DNA of 64,000 bases from Actinomycetes bacterium (lineage in GTDB: Bacteria; Actinomycetota; Actinomycetes; S36-B12), in contig OZ257128.1 of assembly GCA_965278945.1 (NCBI GenBank), forward strand, positions 2,386,623 through 2,450,622. The letters are read 5' to 3'. The notes under the pieces were generated by a model. It saw only the letters and a program-made list of their open reading frames with translations. It ran no database searches and was not told the origin of the DNA. Shown here piece after piece: positions 10,923 to 25,372 of this stretch. Made by a program: the position numbers and the translations under genes. Position 1 is the first letter of the stretch. Every line of letters begins with the position of its first letter.

Positions 10923-11105
10923 TTAGTCGACCTCCTCAACAACAACCAGATGCCGCACGGTGTTCACCATGCCGCGGATTTCGGGGCGGTCTTCCTTGAC
11001 GACGGTGTCGCCGATTCGCTTGAGTCCGAGCGAGCGCAGCGTGTTCCGCTGGCCGCTCGTGCCGCCGATCTTGGACTTCTTCTGCGTGACCTTCAGACGA
11101 GCCAT
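10923..11105 (-). CDS. rpmD: 50S ribosomal protein L30
   Basis: [33 protein letters not shown]... Confidence 0.95.
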   Translation of the reverse strand: MARLKVTQKKSKIGGTSGQRNTLRSLGLKRIGDTVVKEDRPEIRGMVNTVRHLVVVEEVD

Positions 11106-11698
11106 TACGCGCTCCTCCCCGCAGCCATAGCGCGAAGAAGTGCCGGCGGGGCAACGTCTTCAAGCGGCAGTCCGCGACGAGCAGCAACCTGCTCGGGCAT
11201 CTCGAGCATCTTCAGCGCAGCGACCGTGGCGTGCACGATGTTGATGGCGTTGTCCGAGCCCATCGACTTGCTGAGGATATCGTGGACGCCAGCGCACTCC
11301 AGCACGGCGCGAACCGGGCCACCGGCGATGACGCCGGTACCGGGAGCGGCCGGACGCAGCATGACGACTCCGGCAGCAGCCTCGCCCGTGATGGGGTGCG
11401 GGATGGTGCCCTGGATGCGCGGGACGCGGAAGAAGTGCTTCTTGGCCTCCTCGACACCCTTGGCGATTGCCGCGGGCACCTCCTTGGCCTTGCCGTATCC
11501 GACACCGACGTTGCCGTCGCCGTCGCCCACGACGACGAGGGCGGTGAAGCTGAAGCGACGACCACCCTTGACGACCTTGGCCACACGATTGATGGCGACC
11601 ACGCGCTCGATGAAGGCGGACTTCTCCTCGCGCGGAGCGCGATCCTTGCGCTCCCGGCGATCACCGCCGCCGCTTCCGCGGCGGGCTGTATCAGACAT
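11105..11698 (-). CDS. rpsE: 30S ribosomal protein S5
   Basis: [47 protein letters not shown]. Confidence 0.97.
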   Translation of the reverse strand: MSDTARRGSGGGDRRERKDRAPREEKSAFIERVVAINRVAKVVKGGRRFSFTALVVVGDGDGNVGVGYGKAKEVPAAIAKGVEEAKKHFFRVPRIQGTIPHPITGEAAAGVVMLRPAAPGTGVIAGGPVRAVLECAGVHDILSKSMGSDNAINIVHATVAALKMLEMPEQVAARRGLPLEDVAPPALLRAMAAGRSA

Positions 11699-11746
11699 GG
11701 GTTCCTCTTCCGTTTCGGATTTCGCGTGCGTCGTTCGACGTTGCCA

Positions 11747-12130
11747 TCAGAAGGTCAGGCCGGCTTCGCGGGCGCCATCAGCGACGGCGGCCACTCGACC
11801 GTGGTAGTTGTTTCCGCCGCGGTCGAAGACGACCGTCTCGATGCCGGCCTTCTTGGCGCGCTCGGCGACGAGCTCGCCAACCTTGCGAGCCTTGGCCGTC
11901 TTGTCGACGGAGGCACCGCGAAGGTCGGCCTCCATCGTCGATGCCGACGCCAAGGTCACACCCTGGGTGTCGTCGACGACCTGAGCCAGCATGTGACGCG
12001 CGGAGCGGGTCACGACCAGACGCGGGCGCAGTGCAGTGCCCGAGACCTTCTTGCGAACGCGAAGGTGGCGACGCGCACGGCCCACGGTGGAGCGGGTGCG
12101 CGTTCCCAGCTTGGGAGCGAAGGAAGTCAT
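11747..12130 (-). CDS. rplR: 50S ribosomal protein L18
   Basis: [35 protein letters not shown]...[25 protein letters not shown]. Confidence 0.96.
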   Translation of the reverse strand: MTSFAPKLGTRTRSTVGRARRHLRVRKKVSGTALRPRLVVTRSARHMLAQVVDDTQGVTLASASTMEADLRGASVDKTAKARKVGELVAERAKKAGIETVVFDRGGNNYHGRVAAVADGAREAGLTF

Positions 12131-12666
12131 TACTTACCAGCCTTTCCGGCCTTGCGGCGTACGACTTCACCCTCGTAGCGCACGCCCTTGCCCTTGTACG
12201 GCTCCGGCTTGCGGATCTTGCGGATGTTGGCGGCAACCTCGCCGACCTGCTGCTTATCGATGCCCTGGACCTTGAACTTGATCGGGCTCTCCACGGCGAA
12301 CGAGATGCCCTGGGGTGCCTTGACGAGGACCGGGTGGCTGAAGCCGAGCTGGAACTCCAGGTCGGTGCCCTTCGCCGCGACGCGGTAACCCGTGCCGACG
12401 ATCTCCAGGCCCTTCTCGTAGCCGGTGGTGACTCCGATGACCATGTTGCCGACCAGGGTGCGGGTCAGGCCATGAAGAGCCCGCGAGGCGCGCTCGTCGT
12501 TGGGGCGGGTGACGACGAGGACGCCGTCCTCCTGCGCGACGACGATCGGCTCGGCGACGGTGAGGCTCAGCGTGCCCTTCGGCCCGGTGATCGTCACCTC
12601 GCTGCCGTCGATCTTGGCGGTGACTCCGGCGGGAACGGGGATCGGCTGACGTCCGATGCGTGACAT
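12130..12666 (-). CDS. rplF: 50S ribosomal protein L6
   Basis: [31 protein letters not shown]... Confidence 0.97.
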   Translation of the reverse strand: MSRIGRQPIPVPAGVTAKIDGSEVTITGPKGTLSLTVAEPIVVAQEDGVLVVTRPNDERASRALHGLTRTLVGNMVIGVTTGYEKGLEIVGTGYRVAAKGTDLEFQLGFSHPVLVKAPQGISFAVESPIKFKVQGIDKQQVGEVAANIRKIRKPEPYKGKGVRYEGEVVRRKAGKAGK

Positions 12667-12678
12667 GTCAGGCCTCCG

Positions 12679-13077
12679 TTACCAGACGTAGGCGAGGACT
12701 TCCCCACCTACGCCCTTCTTTGCAGCCTGACGATCGGTCAGGAGTCCACCGGATGTCGACAGGATCGCGATACCGAGTCCGCCGAGTACGCGGGGCAGCG
12801 CCGTGCTCTTCGCGTAGACCCGCAGGCCCGGCTTGGAGACGCGACGAAGTCCGGCGATCGAGCGCTCGCGCGACGGTCCGTACTTGAGGTCCAGCGTCAG
12901 CGTCTTGCCGACAGTGGCGTCCTCGACGTGCCAGCTCGCGATGTAGCCCTGCGCCTGGAGGATCTCGGCGATGTTCGCCTTGATCTTCGAGTGCGGCATC
13001 GCGACGGTGTCGTGATACGCGGAGTTTGCGTTGCGCAGTCGCGCAAGCATGTCCGCGATCGGGTCAGTCATTGTCAT
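12679..13077 (-). CDS. rpsH: 30S ribosomal protein S8
   Basis: Start moved to ATG 13077: [25 protein letters not shown]... (track ORF has 11 extra N-terminal residues). Confidence 0.95.
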   Translation of the reverse strand: MTMTDPIADMLARLRNANSAYHDTVAMPHSKIKANIAEILQAQGYIASWHVEDATVGKTLTLDLKYGPSRERSIAGLRRVSKPGLRVYAKSTALPRVLGGLGIAILSTSGGLLTDRQAAKKGVGGEVLAYVW

Positions 13078-13147
13078 GGCCTCATCGGCCTTCCTCGCTG
13101 TGGTATCCAACCGGGCATTGTGCCCATCGGACCTGCAGCGTCGTTGT

Positions 13148-13333
13148 TTACCAGGAGCTCTTAGTCACACCAGGCAGCTCGCCCGCGTGGGCCATCTGCC
13201 GAACGCAGATCCGGCACAGGCCGAACTTGCGGTACACCGAGTGCGGACGGCCGCACTTGTTGCAGCGCGTGTAACCCCGCACCTTGAACTTCGGGGTCTT
13301 CTGCTGCTTTTGGATCAGGGCTTTCTTCGCCAT
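13148..13333 (-). CDS. rpsN: 30S ribosomal protein S14 type Z (zinc-binding)
   Basis: 61 aa, [20 protein letters not shown] (CxxC...CxxC), between rplE and rpsH. Confidence 0.96.
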   Translation of the reverse strand: MAKKALIQKQQKTPKFKVRGYTRCNKCGRPHSVYRKFGLCRICVRQMAHAGELPGVTKSSW

Positions 13334-13336
13334 GGC

Positions 13337-13909
13337 TCAGGCCTCCTTGAAGGGGAATCCGAGAAGGCGAAGCAAAGCGCGGCCTTCGTCATCGTTCTTG
13401 GCAGTCGTGACGATCGTGATGTCCATACCGCGGACGCGATCGATCTTGTCCTGGTCGATCTCGTGGAACATTGACTGCTCATTGAGGCCGAAGGTGTAGT
13501 TGCCGCGGCCGTCGAACTGCTTGGGCGACAGTCCGCGGAAGTCACGGATGCGCGGAAGCGCGATCGACAGCAGCCGGTCCAGGAACTCCCACATGCGATC
13601 GTTCCGCAGCGTGACGTGGGCGCCGATGGGCTGACCCTCGCGAAGCTTGAACTGGGCGATCGACTTGCGGGCCTTGGTGACCTGCGGCTTCTGACCGGTG
13701 ATGTCGGCGAGGTCGCGAATGGCGCCCTCGATCAACTTCGAGTCGCGGGCGGCGTCGCCGACTCCCATGTTGACGACGACCTTCGTGACGGTCGGCACCT
13801 GCATGACGTTGGCGAACGAGAACTCCTCGCGAAGCGCGGGAAGGATCTCCTCGCGGTAGCGCACCTTCAGGCGCGGCACCGTGGTCTCGGTGGTGGTTGC
13901 GGTAGTCAT
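13337..13909 (-). CDS. rplE: 50S ribosomal protein L5
   Basis: [42 protein letters not shown]. Confidence 0.97.
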   Translation of the reverse strand: MTTATTTETTVPRLKVRYREEILPALREEFSFANVMQVPTVTKVVVNMGVGDAARDSKLIEGAIRDLADITGQKPQVTKARKSIAQFKLREGQPIGAHVTLRNDRMWEFLDRLLSIALPRIRDFRGLSPKQFDGRGNYTFGLNEQSMFHEIDQDKIDRVRGMDITIVTTAKNDDEGRALLRLLGFPFKEA

Positions 13910-13919
13910 CGCAGATTCC

Positions 13920-14279
13920 TTAGATGTCTTTGCCAGTGCGGCGGGAGATGCGAACGCTGCGCTGCGAGGCGTAGGTCGAGCCGTCGGTACGACGCTTCTC
14001 GACCTCTTCCTTGCGGAAGCCGATGCGCGTGGGGCGGCCGTCCTCAGGATCGATCACCATGACGTTCGAGACATGGATGGGTGCCTCGGTCGTGATGATG
14101 CCGCCGGTCTTCGCGCCGCGATTGCTCTGGCCAACCTTGGTGTGCTTCTTGATCCGGTTGACGCCCTCGACGATGACCTTCTCGGTCTCGGGGTAGACCT
14201 CGATGACCTTGCCCTTGACACCGCGGTCCTTGCCCGAGATGACCTGGACGAGGTCGCCCTTACGAATGCTCAGCGACAT
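13920..14279 (-). CDS. rplX: 50S ribosomal protein L24
   Basis: [24 protein letters not shown] (KOW motif); spc operon order. Confidence 0.96.
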   Translation of the reverse strand: MSLSIRKGDLVQVISGKDRGVKGKVIEVYPETEKVIVEGVNRIKKHTKVGQSNRGAKTGGIITTEAPIHVSNVMVIDPEDGRPTRIGFRKEEVEKRRTDGSTYASQRSVRISRRTGKDI

Positions 14280-14281
14280 GG

Positions 14282-14650
14282 TTACAGCACCTCCGGGGCG
14301 AGCGAGATGATCTTCATGAACTTCTTCTCGCGCAGCTCGCGACCGACCGGCCCGAAGATTCGGGTACCGCGCGGCTCGCCGTCACCCTTGAGGATGACCG
14401 CTGCGTTCTCGTCGAAGCGGATGTACGAACCATCGGGACGACGACGTTCCTTGCGGGTGCGGACGATAACGGCCTTGACGACCTCGCCCTTCTTGACGTT
14501 GCCACCCGGAATGGCGTCCTTGACCGTGGCCACGATGACATCACCGATGCCGGCGTACCGGCGACCTGAGCCGCCAAGCACGCGGATGCACAAAATCTCC
14601 TTGGCACCCGTGTTGTCGGCGACCCTAAGTCGCGACTCCTGCTGAATCAC
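14282..14650 (-). CDS. rplN: 50S ribosomal protein L14
   Basis: [37 protein letters not shown]. Confidence 0.98.
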   Translation of the reverse strand: MIQQESRLRVADNTGAKEILCIRVLGGSGRRYAGIGDVIVATVKDAIPGGNVKKGEVVKAVIVRTRKERRRPDGSYIRFDENAAVILKGDGEPRGTRIFGPVGRELREKKFMKIISLAPEVL

Positions 14651-14705
14651 TGCATTCTCCTGATCGTCTGCCGGTTCTCATGAAGAGCCTGGCGGAACTA
14701 GTGGG

Positions 14706-14990
14706 CTACTTGGCCTTCTCGAGGATCTCGACCACGCGCCAGCGCTTGGTCGCGGACGTGGGCCGGGTCTCCATGAGGAGGACGCGGTCGCCAATGCCTG
14801 CGGCGTTGGCCTCGTCATGCGCCTTCAGCTTGCTCGTCCGACGGACGACCTTGCCGTACAGCGGATGCTTGAAGCGGTCCTCGACTGCGACGACCACCGT
14901 CTTGTCCATCTTGTCGCTGACCACCAGACCCTCGCGGGTCTTGCGGTAACCGCGGTTCAACTCTGTCACGCCTGCCTCATTCGAGCTCAT
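14706..14990 (-). CDS. rpsQ: 30S ribosomal protein S17
   Basis: [39 protein letters not shown]. Confidence 0.96.
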   Translation of the reverse strand: MSSNEAGVTELNRGYRKTREGLVVSDKMDKTVVVAVEDRFKHPLYGKVVRRTSKLKAHDEANAAGIGDRVLLMETRPTSATKRWRVVEILEKAK

Positions 14991-15238
14991 GCGGCACCCT
15001 CGGTGCCGTCTGTGACAACTTCTTCATACGGGGTGATGCCGAGCTCGCGCTCGCGCAGGATCGTGTAGATCCGTGCGATGTCCTTGCGGACCGCGCGAAG
15101 GCGACCATGATTCTCGAGCTGTCCCGTCGCCCCCTGGAAGCGGAGGTTGAACAGCTCCTCCTTCGACTCACGGAGCTTCAACGCCAAGTCAGCGTCGTCG
15201 AGGTTGCGGAGTTCGCCCACCTGTGTGCCTGCGGCCAT
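14987..15238 (-). CDS. rpmC: 50S ribosomal protein L29
   Basis: [36 protein letters not shown]; 4-nt overlap with rpsQ. Confidence 0.95.
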   Translation of the reverse strand: MAAGTQVGELRNLDDADLALKLRESKEELFNLRFQGATGQLENHGRLRAVRKDIARIYTILRERELGITPYEEVVTDGTEGAA

Positions 15239-15660
15239 CAGTTGTCACCTGCTTCGTCGCGCCGAACGATCCGGCACTTCATCGGGAGTTTGTGCATGGC
15301 GCGGGTGAGCGCCTCGTTGGCGATCTTCTCGTCCGGGTAGGACAGCTCGAACATCACGCGTCCGGGCTTGACGTTCGCAACCCACCACTCGGGCGAGCCC
15401 TTGCCCGAACCCATGCGGGTCTCGGCAGGCTTCTTGGTGAGCGGACGGTCCGGGTAGATGGTGATCCAGACCTTGCCGCCACGGCGGATGTGACGGGTGA
15501 TGGCGATACGAGCGGACTCGATCTGACGGTTGGTCACGTAGGCCGGCTCCATTGCCTGGAGTCCGTACGTGCCGAACGTCACCTCGGTGCCGCCCTTCGC
15601 CACGCCACGACGGGTGGGGTGGTGCTGCTTGCGGTGCTTGACCCTGCGGGGAATCAACAT
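15238..15660 (-). CDS. rplP: 50S ribosomal protein L16
   Basis: [27 protein letters not shown]... Confidence 0.97.
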   Translation of the reverse strand: MLIPRRVKHRKQHHPTRRGVAKGGTEVTFGTYGLQAMEPAYVTNRQIESARIAITRHIRRGGKVWITIYPDRPLTKKPAETRMGSGKGSPEWWVANVKPGRVMFELSYPDEKIANEALTRAMHKLPMKCRIVRRDEAGDN

Positions 15661-15665
15661 GTCGG

Positions 15666-16478
15666 CTAGCCCTCCTGGCCTTCTGCTGCCACGACGGGGG
15701 CGGCTTCGACGAGGACGTCGCCAGCCGGCTCGCTGGCGCGCTCGGTGCCCTCAGACTCGGGGCGACGGGGACGGTCGGGGCGCGCGCGCGGTCCGCTGAG
15801 GCGTGCGGTGGCAGCTGCCGCCTCACGCTCTGAACGAGTCGCCAGCGCGTCGCCCTTGTAGATCCAGACCTTCACGCCGATGCGACCGAACGTGGTACGC
15901 GCCTCGTAGAAGCCGTAGTCGATGTCAGCGCGCAGCGTGTGCAGGGGAACGCGACCCTCGCGGTAGAACTCCGTGCGCGACATCTCAGCGCCACCGAGGC
16001 GGCCGGAGACCTGCACGCGGATGCCCTTGGCGCCGCTCTTCATCGTGCTCTGCATTCCCTTGCGCATGGCGCGACGGAACGAGACACGGCTCGAGAGCTG
16101 CTCGGCGATGCCCTGGGCAACGAGCTGAGCCTCGATCTCGGGGTTCTTGACCTCGAGGATGTTCAGCTGAACCTGCTTGCCCGTGAGCTTCTCGAGGTCA
16201 CCACGAATGCGGTCGGCCTCGGCGCCTCGGCGGCCGATGACGATGCCCGGACGCGCGGTGTGGATGTCGACGCGAACCCGGTCACGGGTGCGCTCGATCT
16301 CCACGCGAGCGATGCCGGCGCGCTCCATGCCCTTGGACAGCAGCTTGCGGATCTGCACGTCCTCGGACACGTAGTCGCGGTAGCGCTGGCCGACCTTGGA
16401 GCTGTCAGCGAACCAACGAGTGTTGAAGTCGGTGGTGATGCCCAGCCGGAAGCCGTGCGGATTTACTTTCTGGCCCAT
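15666..16478 (-). CDS. rpsC: 30S ribosomal protein S3 (with ~45-aa Arg/Pro/Glu-rich C-terminal tail)
   Basis: [26 protein letters not shown]... Confidence 0.97.
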   Translation of the reverse strand: MGQKVNPHGFRLGITTDFNTRWFADSSKVGQRYRDYVSEDVQIRKLLSKGMERAGIARVEIERTRDRVRVDIHTARPGIVIGRRGAEADRIRGDLEKLTGKQVQLNILEVKNPEIEAQLVAQGIAEQLSSRVSFRRAMRKGMQSTMKSGAKGIRVQVSGRLGGAEMSRTEFYREGRVPLHTLRADIDYGFYEARTTFGRIGVKVWIYKGDALATRSEREAAAATARLSGPRARPDRPRRPESEGTERASEPAGDVLVEAAPVVAAEGQEG

Positions 16479-16481
16479 GGG

Positions 16482-17036
16482 TCAGCCCTTCGATTCCGCG
16501 TCGTCTGCCGGAGCAGCCGCCGCCTTCTTTGCCGTTGCCTTCTTGGCAGCAGGCGCAGACTTCTCGGCTACGGGAGCCGACTTGTCAGCGGCCGCCTTCT
16601 TGGCTGCCGGAGCCTTCTTCGCCGGAGCCTCGGCCGCGGGAGCTGCCTTGGGGGCAGCCTTCGCGACGGGCTTGGCCGGCGTCTTGAGCACAGGCACGAC
16701 CGGCACACCGTCGGAGACGATCACGGTGATGTGGCTGCTGCGCTTGCGGATGCGGTAGGCGCGACCCTGGGCACGGGGACGGATCCGCTTCATCGTCGGG
16801 CCCTCGTCGACGTACGCCTCGCTGACGACCAGACCGCGCACGTCCATCGCGTGGTTGTTCGCCGCGTTGGCGATCGCGCTGTCGAGCACCTTGCCGATCG
16901 GCTCGCTAGCGGCCTGGGGCGCAAACTTGAGCACCGCCTGGGCGTCTGCCGCGTTCATGCCTCGGATGAGGTTGATAACGCGACGCGCCTTCATGGGCGT
17001 GACGCGGACGTACCGCGCCTGGGCCCTGGCTTCCAT
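16482..17036 (-). CDS. rplV: 50S ribosomal protein L22 with ~75-aa Ala/Lys/Pro-rich C-terminal tail
   Basis: Start set at ATG 17036 ([26 protein letters not shown]...). The track ORF to 17519 runs through rpsS in another frame. Confidence 0.95.
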   Translation of the reverse strand: MEARAQARYVRVTPMKARRVINLIRGMNAADAQAVLKFAPQAASEPIGKVLDSAIANAANNHAMDVRGLVVSEAYVDEGPTMKRIRPRAQGRAYRIRKRSSHITVIVSDGVPVVPVLKTPAKPVAKAAPKAAPAAEAPAKKAPAAKKAAADKSAPVAEKSAPAAKKATAKKAAAAPADDAESKG

Positions 17037-17089
17037 GTCTATCCCCTTGCTGCTTCGGTGGCTGCTGAAAAGTGTGTGTTGACTGCCGG

Positions 17090-17371
17090 TTAGCGCTTGC
17101 GCGCCTTGCGGTCGTCCTTGACGTGCCCGCGGAATGTGCGGGTCGGGGCGAACTCGCCGAGCTTGTGCCCGACCATGTTCTCCGACACGAAGACCGGAAC
17201 GTGCTTGCGACCGTCGTGCACCGCGATCGTGTGACCCAGCATCGCCGGGATGATCATGGAGCGACGTGACCAGGTCTTGATCACGGTCTTCGTTCCCGCT
17301 TCGTTCTGAACTTCCACCTTCTTGAGCAGGTGGCCGTCGATGAAGGGGCCCTTCTTCAGGCTGCGTGGCAT
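17090..17371 (-). CDS. rpsS: 30S ribosomal protein S19
   Basis: [24 protein letters not shown]... Confidence 0.98.
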   Translation of the reverse strand: MPRSLKKGPFIDGHLLKKVEVQNEAGTKTVIKTWSRRSMIIPAMLGHTIAVHDGRKHVPVFVSENMVGHKLGEFAPTRTFRGHVKDDRKARKR

Positions 17372-17379
17372 GTGCTTCC

Positions 17380-18216
17380 CTATCGCTTCTTGCCGGACTT
17401 GCGGCGTCGGACGATGAACTTGTCGCTGGCCTTGTTCTTCGAACGCGTGCGGCCCTCGGGCTTGCCGTTCGGGTTGACCGGGTGACGTCCGCCGGACGTC
17501 TTGCCCTCGCCACCACCATGCGGGTGATCGACCGGGTTCATGGCGACACCGCGGACGGTCGGGCGCTTGCCCTTCCAGCGCATGCGGCCGGCCTTGCCCC
17601 AGTTGATGTTCGACTGCTCGGCGTTGCCGACCTCGCCGATCGTGGCGCGCGAGCGCAGATCGACGTTGCGGATCTCACCGGAGGGCATGCGAAGCTGCGC
17701 GTAGGGGCCGTCCTTGGCCACCAACTGCACCGACGAGCCCGCCGAACGCGCGATCTTGGCGCCACCGCCTGGCTTGATCTCCACGGCGTGGATCACGGTG
17801 CCGACGGGGATGTTGCGCAGCGGAAGGCAGTTGCCCGGCTTGATGTCGGCGCTGGCGCCGGTCTCGATCGGGTCGCCCTGCTTGAGCTTGTTCGGGGCGA
17901 TGATGTAGCGCTTCTCGCCGTCCGCGTAGTGCAGCAGCGCGATGCGAGCAGTGCGGTTGGGGTCGTACTCGATGTGGGCGACGCGCGCGGGCACGCCGTC
18001 CTTGTCTGCGCGACGGAAGTCGATCACGCGGTAGGCACGCTTGTGCCCTCCACCCTGGTGGCGGGTCGTGATCTTGCCGGAGTTGTTGCGTCCGCCCTTC
18101 TTGGGCAGCGGGCGCACCAGTGACTTCTCCGGCGTCGACCGGGTGATCTCGACGAAGTCGGCCACGCTCGAGCCACGACGGCCCGGCGTTGTCGGCTTGT
18201 ACTTGCGGATTCCCAT
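17380..18216 (-). CDS. rplB: 50S ribosomal protein L2
   Basis: [21 protein letters not shown]...[21 protein letters not shown]. Confidence 0.98.
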   Translation of the reverse strand: MGIRKYKPTTPGRRGSSVADFVEITRSTPEKSLVRPLPKKGGRNNSGKITTRHQGGGHKRAYRVIDFRRADKDGVPARVAHIEYDPNRTARIALLHYADGEKRYIIAPNKLKQGDPIETGASADIKPGNCLPLRNIPVGTVIHAVEIKPGGGAKIARSAGSSVQLVAKDGPYAQLRMPSGEIRNVDLRSRATIGEVGNAEQSNINWGKAGRMRWKGKRPTVRGVAMNPVDHPHGGGEGKTSGGRHPVNPNGKPEGRTRSKNKASDKFIVRRRKSGKKR

Positions 18217-18260
18217 AGCTGTCTTTCCGTCTCGTGAGTGCGGTTCGGTCGGCTACCCGG

Positions 18261-18560
18261 TCAGGAGACCGGGCCTCCGAAGATGTCGATGCGATCGCCT
18301 GCGGCGACCGTCACGATGGCGCGCTTGGTCGACGCACGCTTGCCGAAGCCGGTTCGCGTGCGCAGGCGCTTGCCCTCGCGGTTGAGCGTGTTGACCGAGG
18401 TCACCTTGACCCCGAACACCTGCTCGACCGCGATCTTGATCTGCGTCTTGTTCGCATCCGGCGACACGACGAACGTGTACTTGTTCTCGTCGAGGAGCGC
18501 GTAGCTCTTCTCGGAGATCACCGGGGAGATCAGGACATCGCGGGGGTCGGCGATTCTCAC
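18261..18560 (-). CDS. rplW: 50S ribosomal protein L23
   Basis: [41 protein letters not shown]. Confidence 0.96.
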   Translation of the reverse strand: MRIADPRDVLISPVISEKSYALLDENKYTFVVSPDANKTQIKIAVEQVFGVKVTSVNTLNREGKRLRTRTGFGKRASTKRAIVTVAAGDRIDIFGGPVS

Positions 18561-19231
18561 TCCGCCACCTCACTCTCGGTTGCAACGGCCTTGACGGAGC
18601 GTCCCTTGACGGGACCGGCAAGGAAGACCTCGAGCGCGGCAGAGGTGAACAGCACGTGATCGCTGACGAGGACGTCGTAGGTGTTGATCTGGTCGACGTA
18701 GATGAGGTGCACGTCGGGCACGTTGCGCAGGCTCAGGGCCGACACGTCATCGTCGCGATCGATGTTGATCAGCACCTTGCCCTCGAGCCCCAGCGCGGAG
18801 AGCGCGGCGATCGCGGACTTCGTCGACGGAGTCTCACCCTCGACGAGAGCAGTGACGACGTGGATCCGTCCCTCGCTCGCGCGGTCCGAGAGTGCACCGC
18901 GAAGAGCGCCGGCGATCATCTTCTTGGGAGTGCGCTGCGAGTAGTCACGCGTGCTCGGGCCGTGAACAACGCCACCGCCGACGAACTGCGGCGCGCGGAT
19001 CGAGCCCTGACGGGCGCGGCCTGTGCCCTTCTGCTTCCAGGGCTTGCGGCCACCGCCGCTGACCTCGGCGCGGGTCTTGGTGTTCGCCGTGCCCTGGCGT
19101 GCGGCGGCGAGCTGGGCCACGACGACCTGGTGGATCAACGGAACGTTGACCTGCACTTCGAAGATCTCGGCCGGCAGCTCGACGCTGCCGGAAGTCGCCC
19201 CTGCGGGCGTGCGGACGTCTACCGCGGTCAT
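18557..19231 (-). CDS. rplD: 50S ribosomal protein L4
   Basis: [34 protein letters not shown]. Confidence 0.97.
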   Translation of the reverse strand: MTAVDVRTPAGATSGSVELPAEIFEVQVNVPLIHQVVVAQLAAARQGTANTKTRAEVSGGGRKPWKQKGTGRARQGSIRAPQFVGGGVVHGPSTRDYSQRTPKKMIAGALRGALSDRASEGRIHVVTALVEGETPSTKSAIAALSALGLEGKVLINIDRDDDVSALSLRNVPDVHLIYVDQINTYDVLVSDHVLFTSAALEVFLAGPVKGRSVKAVATESEVAE

Positions 19232-19878
19232 GCCTGCTCCTCCTTGACTGCCGTGCGGACGAACACGAGTCCGCCCTTGGGGCCGGGGATGGCGCCCTTG
19301 ATCAGCAGCAGGCCGCGCTCGGCGTCAATGCCCTGAACTACGAGGTTCTGCGTGGTCTGGCGAACGCCACCCATGCGGCCGGCCATCTTCATGCCCTTGA
19401 ACACGCGGCCGGGAGTCGCGCAGCCGCCGATCGAACCGGGTGAGCGGTGCTTGCGCTGCACGCCGTGCGAGGCGGACAGGCCGTGGAACTTGTGGCGCTT
19501 CATGACACCGGCGAAGCCCTTGCCCTTGGTGGTGCCAACGACGTCGACCATCTGCCCGGACACGAAGGTGTCGGTGCCGATCTCCTGGCCCAGCGTGTAC
19601 TCGGTTGCGTCATCGGTGCGGATCTCGACCAGGTGGCGGCGAGGTGTGACGCCCGCCTTCGCGAAGTGACCGGTGTCCGGCTTGTTCACCTTGCGGGGGT
19701 CGATCGCGCCGAAGGCGATCTGGACGGCCGAGTAGCCATCAATCTCGGGGGAACGGACCTGGGTGACGACGCACGGCCCAGCCTTGACCACGGTCACGGG
19801 GACAACCTTGTTGTTGTCGTCCCAGACCTGGGTCATGCCGAGCTTCTCGCCCAGAACGCCCTTCACGTTGGTGCCCAT
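19228..19878 (-). CDS. rplC: 50S ribosomal protein L3
   Basis: [25 protein letters not shown]...[13 protein letters not shown]. Confidence 0.97.
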   Translation of the reverse strand: MGTNVKGVLGEKLGMTQVWDDNNKVVPVTVVKAGPCVVTQVRSPEIDGYSAVQIAFGAIDPRKVNKPDTGHFAKAGVTPRRHLVEIRTDDATEYTLGQEIGTDTFVSGQMVDVVGTTKGKGFAGVMKRHKFHGLSASHGVQRKHRSPGSIGGCATPGRVFKGMKMAGRMGGVRQTTQNLVVQGIDAERGLLLIKGAIPGPKGGLVFVRTAVKEEQA

Positions 19879-19925
19879 TCGTTTCAGTCCTTGCCTAGTC
19901 GTATGTCGCTGCGTGTTCGGGAGAG

Positions 19926-20234
19926 CTAGAGCTTGATCTCGATGTCGACGCCGGCGGGCAGGTCGAGGCGCATCAGCGAGTCGACTGTCTTCGGCGTGGG
20001 ATCGAGAATGTCGATGAGGCGCTTGTGGGTGCGCATCTCGAAGTGCTCGCGACTGTCCTTGTACTTGTGCGGCGAGCGAATGACGCAGTAGATGTTCTTC
20101 TCCGTCGGCAGCGGCACCGGTCCGGCAACCTTCGCGCCGGTACGGGTCACCGTCTCGACGATCTTGCGCGCCGAAGAGTCGATGACCTCGTGGTCGTAGG
20201 CCTTGAGCCGGATGCGGATCTTCTGTCCCGCCAT
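19926..20234 (-). CDS. rpsJ: 30S ribosomal protein S10
   Basis: [29 protein letters not shown]... Confidence 0.98.
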   Translation of the reverse strand: MAGQKIRIRLKAYDHEVIDSSARKIVETVTRTGAKVAGPVPLPTEKNIYCVIRSPHKYKDSREHFEMRTHKRLIDILDPTPKTVDSLMRLDLPAGVDIEIKL

Positions 20235-20309
20235 GGTGGCTGGTGTCCTTACTCGTGTAGTGCCGCTAGTGGAGTGCTGTGCCGTTCAGGTGCTGCTGTG
20301 CTGTCGGAT

Positions 20310-20346
20310 TTCGTGGGGGACAGCGGGTCGCGCCGCCCCCCACGAA
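20310..20346 (-). terminator. GC-rich hairpin between tuf and rpsJ (10-bp stem TTCGTGGGGG/CCCCCACGAA, 17-nt loop). Possible tuf terminator or attenuator.
   Basis: Stem read from sequence; no U-tract follows on the minus strand, so function is uncertain. Confidence 0.3.
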
Positions 20347-20365
20347 GTTCCGGGAAGACCCTGAA

Positions 20366-21562
<1,197 letters not shown>

Positions 21563-21649
21563 TTGAGTTCTCCCTTGTCCTCTTGCCGTCCGGCGTTGTC
21601 GCGGATCGGAGTACTGATCTTTTGGTTATTGGTGTTATGTGATCCGCGA

Positions 21650-23752
<2,103 letters not shown>

Positions 23753-23806
23753 TTTCGGTTCTCCTTGTTACGAGGTGCTGCGGATGTGGATGAGGGGAAG
23801 GACTGG

Positions 23807-24277
23807 TTACCAGCGGTAGTGCGCGAAGGCCTTGTTGGACTCGGCCATCTTGTGCGTGTCCTCGCGCTTCTTCACAGCGGCGCCAAGGCCGTTGGACGCG
23901 TCGAGGATCTCGTTCATGAGGCGCTCGGTCATGGTCTTCTCGCGACGGCTCTTGGAGTAGCCGATCAGCCAGCGCAGCGCGAGGGTCGTGGCGCGATTGG
24001 CCTTGACCTCGACGGGGACCTGGTAGGTCGCGCCACCGACGCGGCGGGACTTGACCTCGAGGGTGGGCTTGATGTTGTCCAGCGCGCGCTTGAGCGTCTG
24101 GACGGGATCGGTGCCACTCTTCTCGCGGCAGCCCTCGAGGGCGCCGTAGACGATGCGCTCAGCGGTGGAGCGCTTGCCGTCCAGGAGCACCTTGTTGATG
24201 AGCTGGGTGACGACCGGCGATGCGTAGACCGGGTCGATGACGATTGGCCGCTTGGGTGCGGGTCCCTTGCGAGGCAT
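23807..24277 (-). CDS. rpsG: 30S ribosomal protein S7
   Basis: [37 protein letters not shown]; TAATG 1-nt overlap with rpsL. Confidence 0.98.
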   Translation of the reverse strand: MPRKGPAPKRPIVIDPVYASPVVTQLINKVLLDGKRSTAERIVYGALEGCREKSGTDPVQTLKRALDNIKPTLEVKSRRVGGATYQVPVEVKANRATTLALRWLIGYSKSRREKTMTERLMNEILDASNGLGAAVKKREDTHKMAESNKAFAHYRW

Positions 24278-24651
24278 TAGGACTTCTCCTTCTTCGCGCC
24301 GTAGCGCGACCGAGCCTGCTTGCGGTTCTTGACGCCCTGCGTGTCGAGGGCACCGCGGATGACCTTGTAGCGCACGCCGGGCAGGTCGCGGACGCGGCCA
24401 CCGCGGACGAGCACGATCGAGTGCTCCTGCAGGTTGTGACCCACGCCCGGGATGTAGGCGGTGATCTCGATGCCAGAGGTCAGGCGGACGCGGGCCACCT
24501 TGCGAAGCGCGGAGTTCGGCTTCTTGGGGGTGGTGGTGTAAACGCGCGTGCAGACGCCTCGGCGCTGCGGGCTGCCCTTGAGCGCCGGCGCCTTGGTCTT
24601 GGAGACCTTGTCCTGCCGGCCCTTGCGGACCAGCTGCTGGATGGTTGGCAC
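24277..24651 (-). CDS. rpsL: 30S ribosomal protein S12
   Basis: GTG start at 24651 gives (M)[50 protein letters not shown]. The 32 extra residues in the track ORF are not S12-like. Confidence 0.96.
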   Translation of the reverse strand: MPTIQQLVRKGRQDKVSKTKAPALKGSPQRRGVCTRVYTTTPKKPNSALRKVARVRLTSGIEITAYIPGVGHNLQEHSIVLVRGGRVRDLPGVRYKVIRGALDTQGVKNRKQARSRYGAKKEKS

Positions 24652-24913
24652 TGTTGCCTTCCTACCTTCTCGTCGAGATTCACTATTCAGGTGGTGCTTC
24701 GGGTGGTGCTCCGACCCACGCGGTCGGGTGTGTCGCGTCATTTTCATGGCGCAACGGTGGCAAATCGTTGAGTAGCCCCAGCAGCGTGAGCCGCGAGAGT
24801 GCGGGTTTCAGGGGAAGCCGCGCACGGTGGGGTGTGCCTGAGGGGTCAGGCACAAGGAGAAAGGCTACCTTCTGCCCCGCGGATGAGTCAAAACGGGTCG
24901 GTCAGCAGGGCCT

Positions 24914-25372
24914 TCAGTTGTTGTTGACGTTGTCCATTCCCCCGGCAATTGCCAGCAGAACGAGCACGAAGGCGCCCACGACGATGAGCGCGACGTAGAA
25001 GCCGATGTTGATCCAGGACACGATCTTGGAGGCCGTGACCATGCCGCGGCCTTGGATCTGGTCCCCTGAGGCGTCGATCTCCTTGCTGGCCATGCTGGCG
25101 AACACGAGAGCGACGATGGCGGGCACGATCGGGCAGACGACCCACGCGGCGATCGACAGCACCAGGGAGATGATCGCGTTGCTCGAGGTCTTGGGCGCGG
25201 GTGGGTAGGCCGGCGGATAGGCATAGACCGGCGCTCCGGCAGCCGGGTAACCAGGCGGGGGCGGGGCGGCGGGCCACTGCGCGGGTGCTTGCGGGGCCTC
25301 GGCGAGCGGCTCGGGAGCGGGCACCGGGGCCTGCTCGATGGGCTCTTGGCCTGCCTGATTCTCGTCGGTCAT
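24914..25372 (-). CDS. DUF4190-like small membrane protein (Pro-rich N-terminus, 2-3 TM segments)
   Basis: MTDENQAGQEPIEQAPVPAPEP...PPPPGYPAAGAPVYAYPPAYPP, then AIISLVLSIAAWVVCPIVPAIVALVFASMASKEI...RGRGMVTASKIVSWINIGF. ATG 25372 overlaps the upstream stop (ATGA). Only the last 152 codons of track ORF 24914-26434 are used. Confidence 0.75.
   Translation of the reverse strand: MTDENQAGQEPIEQAPVPAPEPLAEAPQAPAQWPAAPPPPGYPAAGAPVYAYPPAYPPAPKTSSNAIISLVLSIAAWVVCPIVPAIVALVFASMASKEIDASGDQIQGRGMVTASKIVSWINIGFYVALIVVGAFVLVLLAIAGGMDNVNNN

Noticed and set aside
17037-17519. Upstream extension of the L22 ORF (161 extra codons)
   Set aside because: It overlaps rpsS and the end of rplB in another frame. Canonical L22 begins at MEARAQARY (ATG 17036).
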